Positions 1 to 14,085 of a stretch of 64,000 bases of DNA are shown here, one piece after another (the stretch's first letter is position 1; each line of letters opens with the position of its first letter). The position numbers were made by a program, and so were the translations under genes. The notes beneath the pieces are model-generated. The model was not told the origin of the DNA and did no database searches. It saw only the letters and a program-made list of their open reading frames with translations. This DNA is from the human T2T-CHM13v2.0 reference genome, Homo sapiens. Where the stretch lies: NCBI RefSeq assembly GCF_009914755.1, contig NC_060925.1, one strand, 5' to 3'.

Positions 1-526
1 ATTTTTAAATTATTATTACTGATGACTATGTGCCAGAGCTATAGAGCTCCCAACATCTTACTGCCACCGGCACTGCCTTCTAAGTAGACATTGGTGTTAA
101 TTTGAGTAATTATGAGACCACTGTAAGCCAAGGATTAACCCTGTCATTCACAACTATACACCAAGAAGGAGGTTTCTGTGTGCTCTTCAAAAATGTGAAC
201 AAACCGATCTCAGAATCTCATTCTGAGGCTCTGCAACAGTAACTGCATTGATTAGGTTCCTGGCTGACCTTGAAAGATAAGGAGATTTGCTCTTGGTTTA
301 AAACCTATGTATGATTTTTGATGCCTGACCATGTGCAATTACAAAGGCTACCTGGCAAGCCTCAAGAGGAAAGCTGCCCTCCTTACAGTAGGCCTGGTGC
401 ACAGCCAGAGCATTGCAGTCTCTCAAGAGTCAAGTCAGTCAGGGACTCGAGCTCCTCTATCAAATCATGTTCTTTGGATAAATTTCTAGCCTGGTGCTTT
501 CATTCCTATGTCTCTTTATCTGATGC

Positions 527-935
527 TAATATGGTTGGGATCTGCTACCACCCAAATCTCATTTTGAAATGGAATTCCCAATGCGGGAAGGTAGGGTCTA
601 GTTAAAGGAGATTGGATCATGGGGGTGGCTTCCAATGGTTTAGCACCATCCCCTCAGTGCTGTTCTTGTGATGGAGGCCTCAGGGCATGTGCTTGTTTGA
701 AAGTGTGTAGCACCTTCCCTGCCCTCTCTCTTCCTCCTGCTCCAGCCATGTTAAGATGTGCCTGCTTCTCCTTTGCTTCTGCCACGATTGTAAGTTTCCT
801 GAGGCCTCCCCAGAAGCAGGAGCCACTATGCTTCCTGTACAGCCTGCAGAACTGTGATCCAATTAAACCTCCTCTCTTTGTAAATTACCCAATCTCAGGA
901 ATTTCTTTATAACAATGTGAGAATAAATTAATACA
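527..935 (+). mobile_element. ERVL-MaLR solo LTR, MST family (MSTB-like)
   Basis: Starts TAATATGGTTGGG, contains TGTAAGTTTCCTGAGGCCTCCCCAGAAGC...CTTCCTGTACAGCCTGCAGAACTGTGA, ends AATACA; 5-bp TSD GATGC/GAAGC (522-526, 936-940). Confidence 0.9.
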
Positions 936-1399
936 GAAGCCTTGGGCAGAAGTGTTCTTCAGGCATGTCTGCTGAGGTCTCCTTATGTGGGGAGGAGGAG
1001 AAGACCTTGAAGAGACACTTCTCTCTCTGACTCAGCACCCAGCACTTTTCCACTCTTAGCCTTCCTCCTTCACCAGCACCAGCACCTCACCTCACCTCAT
1101 TGTGCATAACACTGGCAGAGTCTTTAGTTTGAGGACTCCCTCCACAGTGAGACAACCCTCACAACTGTGTTGATCCAGTGCAATTTCCCAAGCTGTAGTG
1201 GCAATTTCCCCAGTTTTAGGTTCTTGAAAGGCTTACCTCTTTCCACTCTTGACTTGTTGCTTTTTACTGGCTTTTCTGACACTTAGCAGCTCATTTCCCT
1301 CTCACAGTTCAGCTGAGCTCCTGACAAAAGACATGACACAAAGATTTGCGCCAGATTTAGGAAAGCCAGCCAGCATGGGAAGGGCTTACTAGTGGAGGA

Positions 1400-1714
1400 T
1401 TTGGGCCCTCTGCTGGACCTGAAAGGACAAGAGGAAGGAGAATTACCAGAACCCAAGAAGACAACTACAAGTAGGGCTTGAGCTTCTGCTACTGTGGTGT
1501 ACTTACTCTCAGAAAACCAGCATGGAGGTAGCTGGAGACCAAATATCCCAACCTGACCATCCTGTGCCTTCCAGGTCCCACGCTAGTGCCTTCTATTAGC
1601 CCAACCTAACCAGAAATGATAGAATCAGTCTATTAGCTCAGCCACCAGAGTAGAAAACAGAGTTAAGAAGAGTAAAAAGTGCATCTAGAGGAGCAAACAA
1701 AAAATATTCAGTAT
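1400..1714 (-). mobile_element. Degenerate ERVL LTR, LTR33-like
   Basis: GCATCTAGAGGAGCAAACAAAAAATATTCAGTA and CTATTAGCCCAACCTAACCAGAA resemble the reverse complement of the LTR33 5' end; left boundary approximate. Confidence 0.6.
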
Positions 1715-2079
1715 GTATTTAACTTCAAAAAATATTTTATCATATGTAAAACCATCACATATGTGACCCGTTTAGTGTCAACTCACATCTCAAACTTAGC
1801 CTCTTACAGTCTGATGAGTAATGTCTTTCTAACTCGAAACACTAGTTTTACTAATTTTCTTGTGATCTTTTGTTCATCTCAGTCTGAAATATTTTACATT
1901 CAAATCAGAGTAGAGATTCTCCTATTTATATTCCTGAGTACTGTGCATTTTTCAAAACCCAATGTCTTCAACACACCTCCCCTGATTATGCCAGATGTCA
2001 TTAATCCTTTTTCTGTTGTAAATACTTTTAATACACACTATTTATTTGCAAAAAATACAATGGAATTTTAAGTCTTGTG

Positions 2080-2190
2080 GCTTGCTCATGTTGTTTCCTC
2101 TGTCTAGAAGTCCTCCATCTCTTGTGTCTGTGGAATAACTTAAAATCTCAGTTCAAGGGTCACCTTCATTTAAAAGCCCCTCTTTAACAT
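2080..2190 (+). mobile_element. L2 fragment
   Basis: TTGCTCATGTTGTTTCCTCTGTCTAGAA...TCTCAGTTCAAGGGTCACCTTC resembles the L2 3' region. Confidence 0.5.
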
Positions 2191-2446
2191 CTTAGTAAAA
2201 ACGATGACACCTGTCCATATTGGTCAGAGTTTAAACATGAAGACCAAGGCCATTATACTTATTCTAAGTAGGAAGGGATTGTTATACAAGGAATGGGTAA
2301 TCAAAAATGATTGTCAAAGCTAAAGGAAAGAGGGTCATCTATTGGAAGTATCTATTGGCAGTCAGATTCACCACTGGTTTTTAGAGAGTAAGGAAGTTTC
2401 AGGATCTATGGAAAATTGCTGTTGGTGATCACAGCTGCCTATGAAC

Positions 2447-2567
2447 TTTTTTTTTTTTTTGAGACGGAGTCTTGCCTGGTCTCCCAGGCTGGAGTGCAGT
2501 GGCGCCATCTTGGCTCACTGAAAGCTCCACCTCCCGGGTTCACGCCATTCTCCTGCCTCAGCCTCCC
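2447..2567 (-). mobile_element. 5'-truncated AluY (right-arm fragment)
   Basis: Poly(T), then GAGACGGAGTC...AAGCTCCACCTCCCGGGTTCACGCCATTCTCCTGCCTCAGCCTCCC (AluY diagnostics); no TSD seen. Confidence 0.9.
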
Positions 2568-4416
2568 CTCGATGGCAGAGGGTCAGCTCCCTTCCTGCTC
2601 CAGGAAACCAAGGGAAGACACTTCCCAGGTTTTAAGCCCCTCTTGAAATCCCTGTGCTTCTATAACTAGCTTTGTGGAGATATATTTTTGTGTTATTCCA
2701 GTATACTAAGGAGCTTTGACATCTGTTTGACTTTTGTTGCACAGATAATTTCTATTAATATCAAATAAATAATTGTGTTATACTTTAATTTCCCCTTTTT
2801 AGATGTAGTACACTCCACTATTTATGCTAAATAAATATACTAGATATGTATGTTGAATGCACTAACAAAATAATTACTTGTCCTTATAACCAACTTTTAA
2901 TAACTGCAAAAAAAAACAAGGAAATAAATATTGATTCTTCTACATTTTCTTTCTATGGGCTTATAATTATGTTACTCTCTTGATATTTAATTTATTCCCT
3001 TCAGTAATCTGGCCGGAAACTAGTATCAAAGACATCACGGCAGTGTTTTAAAATTGTGTCCTCAAGACCACACTGGCAGCATCTGGAAATTTATCTATTT
3101 TGAATCTTCATCAAGTATGCCAGAATTAAATTTAAAGCAGGGAGATACTTTTTCAAATAGCATTGATTTTTTAAAAAGACAAAATAGAGTTTTAATTTAA
3201 ACCAAATTCTAAAGCTGGCTCTGGGAACATGATAAGTAATTTTAATTGGTTTCTTACCATTTTGACTAAAACAAATACATTTTAGCTACAGCTTGTAGTA
3301 AACTTTTTTTTTGTGATTCATGCTACTATAAATCCTTAAAAAAATATAACTTCGACTTTCCAGAGAGACATTTTCTTTTATACACCGCTAAATTTTAACA
3401 TGATTGAAATACCTGTACCTAGCTAAATCTATTTTTCTATTCATTGTGATTCTTAATTTTACAATTGCATGAAAACTAAAACGCTTCTTTATTTTCCTTA
3501 TTGGTAGCATAATTTAGTTTTATTTTACTTAAAAAAAGTGAAATGCATCTATTCTGTATTATATAGTAGCTCAATTGACCTTGCAAATCTCTTTTATCCA
3601 AAAATGAACTATTTTTACATATGCTTTGTGAAAATGGATATTCTTCATTAGTAAAATTAATCACAAAAGTGCATTAACACAATAACAAACTTGACCTGAT
3701 TTTTAGAAATATGGGATACTTCTGAGTAAACGTCCCAAAAAATGGGAGTCAATTGAACATGCTCACCTTCTTGGCAAGCATTTTGATAATACAATTTTCT
3801 CCTTTTCTCTGTTCAAAGCTCCACTTCTCTTGCTATTAAATTATACTTTTGGCTCACTGAAGTGTTTATGACTCAGGATTACTTTAAGTGAATCTGTCTT
3901 CACTAGCATGCGTTTTAAATATAGAGAGTTTCAGTGGTAGAAAACAGTCAAATCAAGAGTTTCAAATATAAATTATTAATTCTATCTTTTTACAACCTAC
4001 TGCTTTTCCTCTTGAGTCCTCGATGGCTTCATGAGTGATAACGTAGTCATATATCTAAGTGTACTAGTCTAGAATAAATGCTACATTTATTTAAGATTTC
4101 TAAATACATAATGAATAAGGACAGAAAAAGTAATTCTTAGCTTTTCAGTATTCAAGTGTGTAATAACCAGCTTTTGTTCACTTGAAACGACAGCGTATTA
4201 TTTCCCGAAGAAAAAGAGTATTTCTTTGATACGTTTTATCATCGTAGGGTTTTAAATGTCAACTAGAAATTTATACATCTTAATTCAATAATTGCAAACC
4301 TACATTTATATTTTAATTATTATATTATTGATATTTTTACTAAAATTATATGTATAATGGCTTGTTTCAAAATGAATTCTGCTTCGGAACCATAAAGTTA
4401 GTTAAAATTTTAACTA

Positions 4417-4590
4417 GTCTCTACAAAAAAATACAAAAATTAGCCGGGCGTGGTGGTGGGTGCCTGCAATCCCAGCCACCCGGGGGGCCGGGGCCCGAGA
4501 AGCGCCAGAACCCAGGAGGCGGAGGCCGCAGCCAGCCGAGATGGCATCACCGCACTCCAGCCCGGGTGAGAAAGCGAGACTCCTGTCTTG

Positions 4591-4618
<28 letters not shown>
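4417..4618 (+). mobile_element. Alu right arm plus A-tail in the inverted 5' segment of the retrocopy (T-to-C rich)
   Basis: GTCTCTAC...ATACAAAAATTAGCCGGGCG to A-tail; about 10 T-to-C vs 2 A-to-G against AluS consensus by manual alignment. Confidence 0.85.
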
Positions 4619-4621
<3 letters not shown>

Positions 4622-4757
4622 CGAGCGTGGTGGTTCACGCCTGCAATCCCAGCACTTTATGGGCACCGTGGAGCACGCTCGCAGTCCCAGCTGCTTGGGA
4701 GGCAGAGGCAGCGGTGAGCCAAGACTGCGCCATTGCACTCCATCCTGGGCAACAAAG
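4619..4757 (+). mobile_element. Internally deleted Alu remnant in the inverted segment
   Basis: Left-arm start (GTGGTTCACGCCTGCAATCCCAGCACTTT) jumps to right-arm pieces ending CTGGGCAACAAAG. Confidence 0.75.
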
Positions 4758-4872
4758 TAGAGATGGTTTTGCGGTGTTGGCTGAGCTGGTCTCGAACCCT
4801 GATCACGGGTGATCTGCCTGCCTCTGCCTCACAGAGTGCTGGGATTGTGGGCGTGAACCACTGCGCCCGGCC
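4756..4872 (-). mobile_element. Alu left arm (antisense in the transcript), A-to-G edited
   Basis: AGTAGAGATGG...CAGAGTGCTGGGATTGTGGGCGTG...GCCCGGCC; consensus ATTACAGG reads ATTGTGGG and CAAAGT reads CAGAGT. Confidence 0.85.
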
Positions 4873-4880
4873 TTGTGTGA

Positions 4881-5147
<267 letters not shown>

Positions 5148-5159
5148 TTGTGTGATTTT

Positions 5160-5236
5160 ATCTAAGGGACTTAAGCATCCTCAGGTCCTAGAGGGTCGTG
5201 AAACCAAAACCCCATAGATAGCAAGGGACAATTGTA
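5160..5236 (+). mobile_element. MER2 (TcMar-Tigger) terminal fragment carried in the retrocopy
   Basis: AGGGACTTAAGCATCCTC...GGTCGTGAAACCAAAACCCCATAGATAGCAAGGGACAATTG-TA; similar to the end of the MER2 at 13431-13758. Confidence 0.65.
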
Positions 5237-5256
5237 TCTTCAAATTAGACAAATGG

Positions 5257-5560
5257 TGCCGGGCACGGTGGCTCGCGCCTGTAGTCCCAGCACTTTCGGA
5301 GGCTGAGGCGGGCGGATCGCCTGGGGTTGAGAGTTGGAGGCCACCCTGGCCAACATGATGAAACCCTGTCTCTACAGAAATGTAGGGATAGCTGGGCGTG
5401 GTGGCGCATGCCTGTGGTCCCGGCTACTGGAGCGGCTGGGGCGGGAGAGTCGCTTGAGCCTGGCGGGCGGAAGTTGCGGTGGGCGGGGATGGCACCACCG
5501 TGCTCCGGCCTAGGTGATAGAGTGAGACTCCGTCTCAAAAACAAAACAAAACAAAACAAA
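5257..5560 (+). mobile_element. Full-length AluS, A-to-G hyperedited
   Basis: Dimeric Alu with (CAAAA)n tail; TSD AAATTAGACAAATG (5242-5255) / AAATTAGACGAATG (5560-5573); about 23 A-to-G against consensus. Confidence 0.95.
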
Positions 5561-6094
5561 AATTAGACGAATGCTACATTAATTGTTTGGGTGGTCAGAT
5601 TCTACTTTGAAGTCTGAAGTTTGCAGATACGCCTATAGATTTTTGGAGTTTACCACTTTTATTCTGTATCATTAATGTAATATTTTAAATTATTGTATAT
5701 TTTACCATTTCTCTGGATTTAGTAAGAAATTTGCAGTTTTGATTTGATGTAACAAAGGTTTTAATGTAATTTATGTTAGATTTTGCATTTTTTTCATTAC
5801 TGTTATACTTTTACCTGACTGAATGACTGATCTCTTTGTATTAGTATTGGGAATAATCATGTGAAATGTTTTGAGGCAGAGTACTATATTTGTGAACATA
5901 ATTTTATGACTTTTTTCGCTTAGTAAGAACCTTTCTATCAGTGTGGAAAACTAAGAAAATTGCTTTCTGCTGTATAATCTGGCATTCATTGTAGATTAAA
6001 GCTTATTTTTCTGTGAATAAAACTTATTCAATAAAATACTATTCTTTAAAATTAAAAAAAATTAAGTAGTCTCTTGGAAGGATACTGACTAGTC

Positions 6095-6310
6095 ATGATC
6101 ACGTTGACTATAGTTAATAATATATGCTATATTTCAAAATAGCTAAAAGACTAAATTTCAAATGTCTTACCACAAAAAAAATAAGTACATTAGGTGATGG
6201 CTATGTTAACTCGATTTAATTATTCCACATTATATACATATATCAAAACATCACATTGTACCTCATAAATGTATACAATTATAATTTGTCACCTAAAAGT
6301 AATGTTAATA
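6095..6310 (+). mobile_element. L1MA (MA8-10-like) 3' end fragment
   Basis: TGACTATAGTTAATAA...TTTCAAAATAGCTAAAAG...AGGTGATGGCTATGTTAA...AAAACATCACATTGTACC. Confidence 0.75.
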
Positions 6311-7299
6311 TAGAAAAGCATTTTGCCTTCCTAAAATCCTCACTTACTCTTGGTTTAGCTCTCACTTTGTTCTAATTAATTGGTTTGTTGTAGTTTGCAT
6401 TATACAAAATATGAAGTTATTCCTTATTTCTATCTACTTTCAAAAGAATTTCTTTTAAAATGCTTTTAAATTTATTATAAGTGTTATCACAGTGAGATAT
6501 TATTTTGTTCTATAAGTAAATTTATTTGACTGATTCTAGGTTAATTTATTGAAGCTTTAATGTATGTATTATATTAGAAAATCACATTCAAAATCATATT
6601 GGTAAATTGCACAAATATCACAAAATATTTCATTTAGTTGTTAGTGTCAGGGCTGAGTTTAAAGAGCACATTGGCAATAATGGTAATGCATAAAATATCT
6701 GTCATTAATTATATTATTTATTTTTATCCTACTTACCTTATTTTTTTCCATCTTTTTCTCAGATTTTCTAGGAAACTTTGTCTTAGTGTAACAAAACTAC
6801 TAGTTATTATATTTTTAGCCTTTGCTTAATTAGATGTGCTGATATATATATATTAATATTTGTTTTCATCATTTATTACATACTGTCTTTCTTCAGGGGT
6901 TTACTTTTTTCTTACTGAATATTCTTTAATGAAATTTTAATGAATATCTGAATAGACTAAACTATATTATTTTTATGTACAGATATGAATTTATCTTTTA
7001 CTTACAAATGACAGTTTAATTGTCAATAAAACATTAAAATAGTGAAATTTGCTCAGCAATTTGAATATTGTGCTGAACTGCATTTTTACCAATGAGTCAT
7101 TTGCTGTCAATAATTGGTATCCCACAGTGTGTAGTATGATTTACCCTTTCGTTAGCTTTGCCAAGTTTCTTTCTAAAAATTTTGATTTTGAATAGTCTAG
7201 ATGTAGAATTGTTAATTTTTTTCTCTTCAATGTTTGTCCCTTTGCCCACACCTATAGATTTTGTTCTGCAAAGTCCTGTGTGTATCTTGATTTTTTTGT

Positions 7300-7395
7300 T
7301 TCTCTCTCTCTCTCCTTCTTTCCTTCCTTCCTTCCTTCCTTCCATCTTTCTTCATTTTTCTCTCTCTTTTCTTTTTTTCTTTTCTTCTTCCCTTC
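7300..7395. repeat. CT-rich / (TTCC)n simple repeat
   Basis: Directly visible TCTCTC, TCCTTCCTTCC and TTTC runs. Confidence 0.85.
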
Positions 7396-7559
7396 ATTCT
7401 GACTGAATTCATAAGTTTAATGAGCAAACTTATGAATGTCACATTTATTATAATTGTTTTCAACTCGATGTCAATCATATATGCTATTTATTATTGAGTT
7501 TTTCTAGTTTAAAGCAATCATATTTTTATTCCATGATACATTATTTTAATATTGGTTTA

Positions 7560-9520
<1,961 letters not shown>

Positions 9521-10164
9521 CTTTAAAACACTTTGGTCAAGTTTTATTATATTCTTCACTTATTGTTCTAATCTCCTCCCCAAGAATACCTCAGTGTAGA
9601 TATCTATTATTTGTTCTTTGCAGTTGCTATCCTGTTGTTTTTCTTCTTTCTCTATTTACTCTGTGCTATGTGATTATTTATTCCATGTCACTGATTCGAT
9701 CTATGGCAATGATACGGTAGGACTTTACTTCTTATAAATTGATCCAGACTTAGTGTTTGAAGAGGCAAATTGTTCAGTTTTCAAATGTGTCTACTCACTT
9801 TGCCACACTCAGCGTCAGCCCTCAGATCTATGAACTACCACAGGCAACTCTGCACTATAGCCCACACAATCACCACTACATAGCAGGCATTCCAGCCCAT
9901 AGAAATTTTCTTACCAAGATAAATATTTATCCTCCTTTCTGTTCCTTCTTCCTGAATATTTTATATTCTAATTAGATTATTTAAAACACTACTATTCTCT
10001 CTCTGGGTTGCAATTAGACTTCTATTTTTTTTTGTTACCATATATAAAATTTGACTTTTGGGGAAGACTTTTTAAGATGCAGTGTGTTGCTCTGTCCTCC
10101 TATCTCACTTTTTCTGTCACTTATAAGACTGTTTGATGGGAAAAAAATAATTAATTATTCAAAA

Positions 10165-10420
10165 ATATCAATTGTTCTCTTTTGTGCCAGGCACTGCACC
10201 CGACTCTGAGGATGGGATGGGAACCAGAAATAAATCATCATCTTGCTCCATACTTTGTGATAGAGAAACGAAGAGAGTTGAGACAGAGATAGTCCAACAG
10301 ATCAATATGAAATGCATTATCAGAGAAACAGTCTGAAGGAAATAGCATTTTAACAAAAGCCTCTGGTAATTTGGGAGGGGAAAAGACTCTGAGAAAGTGA
10401 AATTTAACTGAGCAACATTA
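10165..10420 (-). mobile_element. L2 fragment
   Basis: TGTGCCAGGCACTG...TCTGAGGAT and downstream purine-rich L2-like sequence. Confidence 0.5.
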
Positions 10421-10797
10421 TCAAAGACCAGTTGAGTCTGTTGAGTTTTCTGGTTAATAAAAGCCTTTGGTTTTTAGTGAAAGCATTTATTTCTGTCTAA
10501 ATTCATCTTCAAATCAAAGTAAGGTAGTAAGAGTTTCTCTATATTCCACCAATATTTTGCGTGGAATTTTAAGTTTTTTAGGGTTGTGAGTTTTCATCTT
10601 GTTCTGTTTCCATAGATATTTATTAGGAAAATTGAAAAGACTGCCCAGGGGCTGCTTGTGGTATGTTACTTAAATGTAGGACTCCTGAATTATTTATCAA
10701 AAAAAGAAAATATATTCAGTACTCCTGCATACCTTTTGTATGCGGTACTCAGTAGTCTGAATACTCCTTTGTAAGTGTGAATTTAAAACTTTGTCAT

Positions 10798-11060
10798 CAC
10801 TTTGGGAGGCCGAGGTGGGCGTATTACGAGGTCAAGAGATCGAGATCATCTTGGCCAACATGGTGAAAACCCATCTCTACTAAAAATACAAAAACTAGCT
10901 GGGTGTGGTGGCGCACACCTGTAGTCCCAGCTACTCAGGAGACTGAGGCAGAAGAATCGCTTGAACCTGAGAGGCAGAGGTTGCAGTGAGCCAAGATAGC
11001 ACCACTGCACTCCAGCATGACGACAGAGTGAGACTCCATCTCAAAACAAAACAAAACAAA
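10798..11060 (+). mobile_element. AluSc, 5'-truncated
   Basis: GAGGTCAAGAGATCGAG...GGCCAACATGGTGAAA diagnostics; TSD AAAACTTTG at 10785-10793 and 11058-11066. Confidence 0.9.
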
Positions 11061-11838
11061 ACTTTGAAATTCGACTATTTATGTATGATTCATAGACACA
11101 TTTACAATAGTGTGCTAAAAAATGTGCTCTTTCACCCAATATAAAGTCCCAGTGTTCCTTTTAAGATGATGATAACAGTTGTAGTGGTTTTGTTTATAAT
11201 GATAATGATGATTTTTTTAAATTAGGTGTGAGCCAGGCACTGTGTTTTTTCCTTACTTAAATAATTTAATCCACCATATAATACTCTGCAATAGGCTGAG
11301 ACAAGACTTAAACCAACACTAGTGTTTGGGCATCTGTGATCCTTATCATGTTTCATCCCTTTTTTGTTTAGTGAGTGCATTCATGCACAAAATATGCCTA
11401 TTTAATTAGCATCTATATCACTAATGTATAATACATCCAGCATATTTTCTAGGCAGCAAATTGCGTATCACAAAGTCTGTTTTGAGACTGCCCACCAAGA
11501 AACTCCTTTTACTTGGTCTGAAATATTTTATGTGGGGAAATTAGGGAAAGAAGAAGAGGAGAAGGAGTAGGAGATGGAAAGGAGAAGGAAAAGAAAGAGA
11601 AAAAGAAGCATTTGTTGTGAAACCACCAATTGAAAAGTATGCAATGAATACAGGGTAGGCAAAATCTTAAAATAATAAGCAATGGGATTGTGATAAGAAG
11701 CTAGCTAATAACATCTATGTTTTAAAAATGTCTCGTATGATTTAGAATTAGAGCTGGATTTTTGTAGCAGCCAAAGCCAGTATTTTCTCAAACTGCCTTT
11801 ATTGTAAGTCTTTACATTGCACATAGGAATATGTATGT

Positions 11839-11840
<2 letters not shown>

Positions 11841-11878
<38 letters not shown>
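11841..11878. repeat. (GT)19 microsatellite
   Basis: Directly visible. Confidence 0.98.
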
Positions 11879-11880
<2 letters not shown>

Positions 11881-13430
11881 TTTTGTTGGTTGTTCTCAGT
11901 CTTTGGATCTCCTGGTCTTTACCTTTAATGAAGAAAATTCATACTTCTTTTGCCTGTCATATTGTCCTAATGTGACCAATGGAAATCCTTTAGACCTAGA
12001 AATTCTAAAGCAAATTCCAGACATGGCTAACACTTGTGCAAGAGTAAACAAAAAGTTGCCATGCTTGAATACTATGATATTATTTGCAACTATTCTGAAT
12101 TCATGTTAAGTAACATGATTGATACGAAATGATTTATTGTGTTTTGTGAAAAGTAATCTATCCAAAGAGGGTAAGAAAGGTGGGGCTTAAAATGTAAAAT
12201 ATGATAAATATTCAATGAGGATAGGGTTCCTTTTTTTTCTGTTCTGTTTATTAACATATTCTAAAAATCTAGGACATTACCCAGATCACAGTAGATTATC
12301 TATAAATAGTGATTGACTAAATGTCAAAAAAGTATTTAAATATATTATGTATTAAATTGAATAATTAGAAAAAACAAGTAAAAGAAATTTAGCAATCTGG
12401 CTTCAGACATGAACAAATTGAGTAAAAATGTAAAAGTCAAATCAAAAGAACAGATGGACTGTTCCTGAACACGCTGAGAGAATGGGCAAGTGTGTGCACA
12501 AACAGGTAAGAATGACTTTTTAAGTTCTGCTCCTTTATGACATGGGAATTATTTTAGTAAAGCTATAAAATCCTGTATACTGAGAAGAGGTGAGAGTTAT
12601 AGACATTTAATGCACTGATTCAAGTTTTCACCTTTATTTTAATCAAGTGCAGAAGGATATTAAAATTCCATTCTAAGATTTTCCCATCAAAACATGCAAA
12701 TTACCCTTTCAGGTCTTTAACTACACTGAGATATAGGACCTAACAGATTATGAAATGAAACATAATTATGGGCCAAGGACATTTTTCTTTCAAGACCTTT
12801 ATAACATAAAACTTTAAAATGTTTTATGACTCTTCTATATAAGTAGAAACTAAACTTTTAAAAAGCAAAATACTTTCTACAAATTATTTTTAAATTTCTA
12901 ACTTGGTAAAAGTGAAGTTAGACCTTTTGTATTCCAAAGTAAACCACTATGTGAAAACCTATGTATTCACATAAACCACTTAGTCTTTTTTGAATTGTTT
13001 TATTTCTCAGTCCACTTTCACTTCTAATTGAGTTTTCTATTACTACTCCAGATAATAGGTGAATGGATAAAGAGAAAGAGAGAGAGAGAGACATATAGAT
13101 AGATATTGAAAGTTAACTTATGCTACTTCTTGATGTACAATGGGGACATTAATTTTTAATTATGATTTTTCTATGTTTATCTCCCTTAATACCTGTTGTT
13201 TTCCTAGTTGCCCCAAAACATCCATTGGCTAGTCTAAATGGGGTGAGATGTGGAAATGAGAAGGGGTATGGAATTAAACATGTAGAAATACAGAACATAG
13301 GTAATATTCAGCCTCTTACATGAAACATAGAATTATTATAATAGAAATAATCTTATAAGCCAAAATTTTAAAAAATAATGTGCTAAATAAAAATATACAT
13401 TTTAAAAAATAATATATAAACCTTTATATA

Positions 13431-13758
13431 CAGTCATCCTGTATTCATGGGTTCTGTAATTGGGGATTCAAACAACTGCAGATCAAAAATATTTGGAGAA
13501 AATTGTGTCAGTACTGAACATATGCAGAACTTTTTTCTTGTTATTGCCTAAACAATACAGTATAACAACTATTTACATAGCATTTACATTGCATTAGGTA
13601 TTATAAGCAATCTACACATTATTGAAGGTATAAGGTAGGACCTGTGTAGATTATATGCAAATACTACACCATTTTTTATCATGGACTTGGGCATCCTCAG
13701 ATTATGGTATCCACACGGGTCCTGGAACCAATTCTGCATGGATACCAAGGGACAAATG
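13431..13758 (+). mobile_element. MER2 (TcMar-Tigger non-autonomous DNA transposon)
   Basis: TA-CAGTCATCC start; AAACAATACAGTATAACAACTATTTACATAGCATTTACATTG core; GGTCCTGGAACCAAT...GGATACCAAGGGAC end. Confidence 0.9.
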
Positions 13759-14085
13759 TGTATGTGTATGGCTACCTCCAGCCTTCCTCTTTTACTAGAC
13801 AGACAACTAAGCCTGGAGGACTTTCCTTGCCTATGAACTACAGTTTATTTACCTATAAACTATAATTTATCCATAGAAATTATCTCTCCCATCTTTGACA
13901 CCAAGACCATAAAATTATATAATACAGAAAAAAGTTATAAAAGATTGTTTAATAAAATAATGATAAGATTTAAAAAATAAGCAAACTATATGTTGCTGTC
14001 AAAATGTGCCTCCTGACTTCCTCCCTTTGGACTCTTCTCCAGGAAAAGAGAAAATTGCATAAAGACAAAGACTAGTACTGAGTTA

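Noticed and set aside
270-1326. Possible older LTR surrounding the MST insertion (ends CTGACA)
   Set aside because: LTR-like composition, but I cannot assign family or boundaries from sequence alone
1679-2071. 130-aa ORF and other AT-rich hydrophobic short ORFs across the window
   Set aside because: Low-complexity chance frames with no homology or exon structure
5257-5560. APOBEC3 DNA editing or sequencing error as the cause of the Alu divergence
   Set aside because: APOBEC gives G-to-A/C-to-T rather than A-to-G, and the adjacent AluY and UTR sequence are clean; noise remains possible only around the A28 run at 4591-4618
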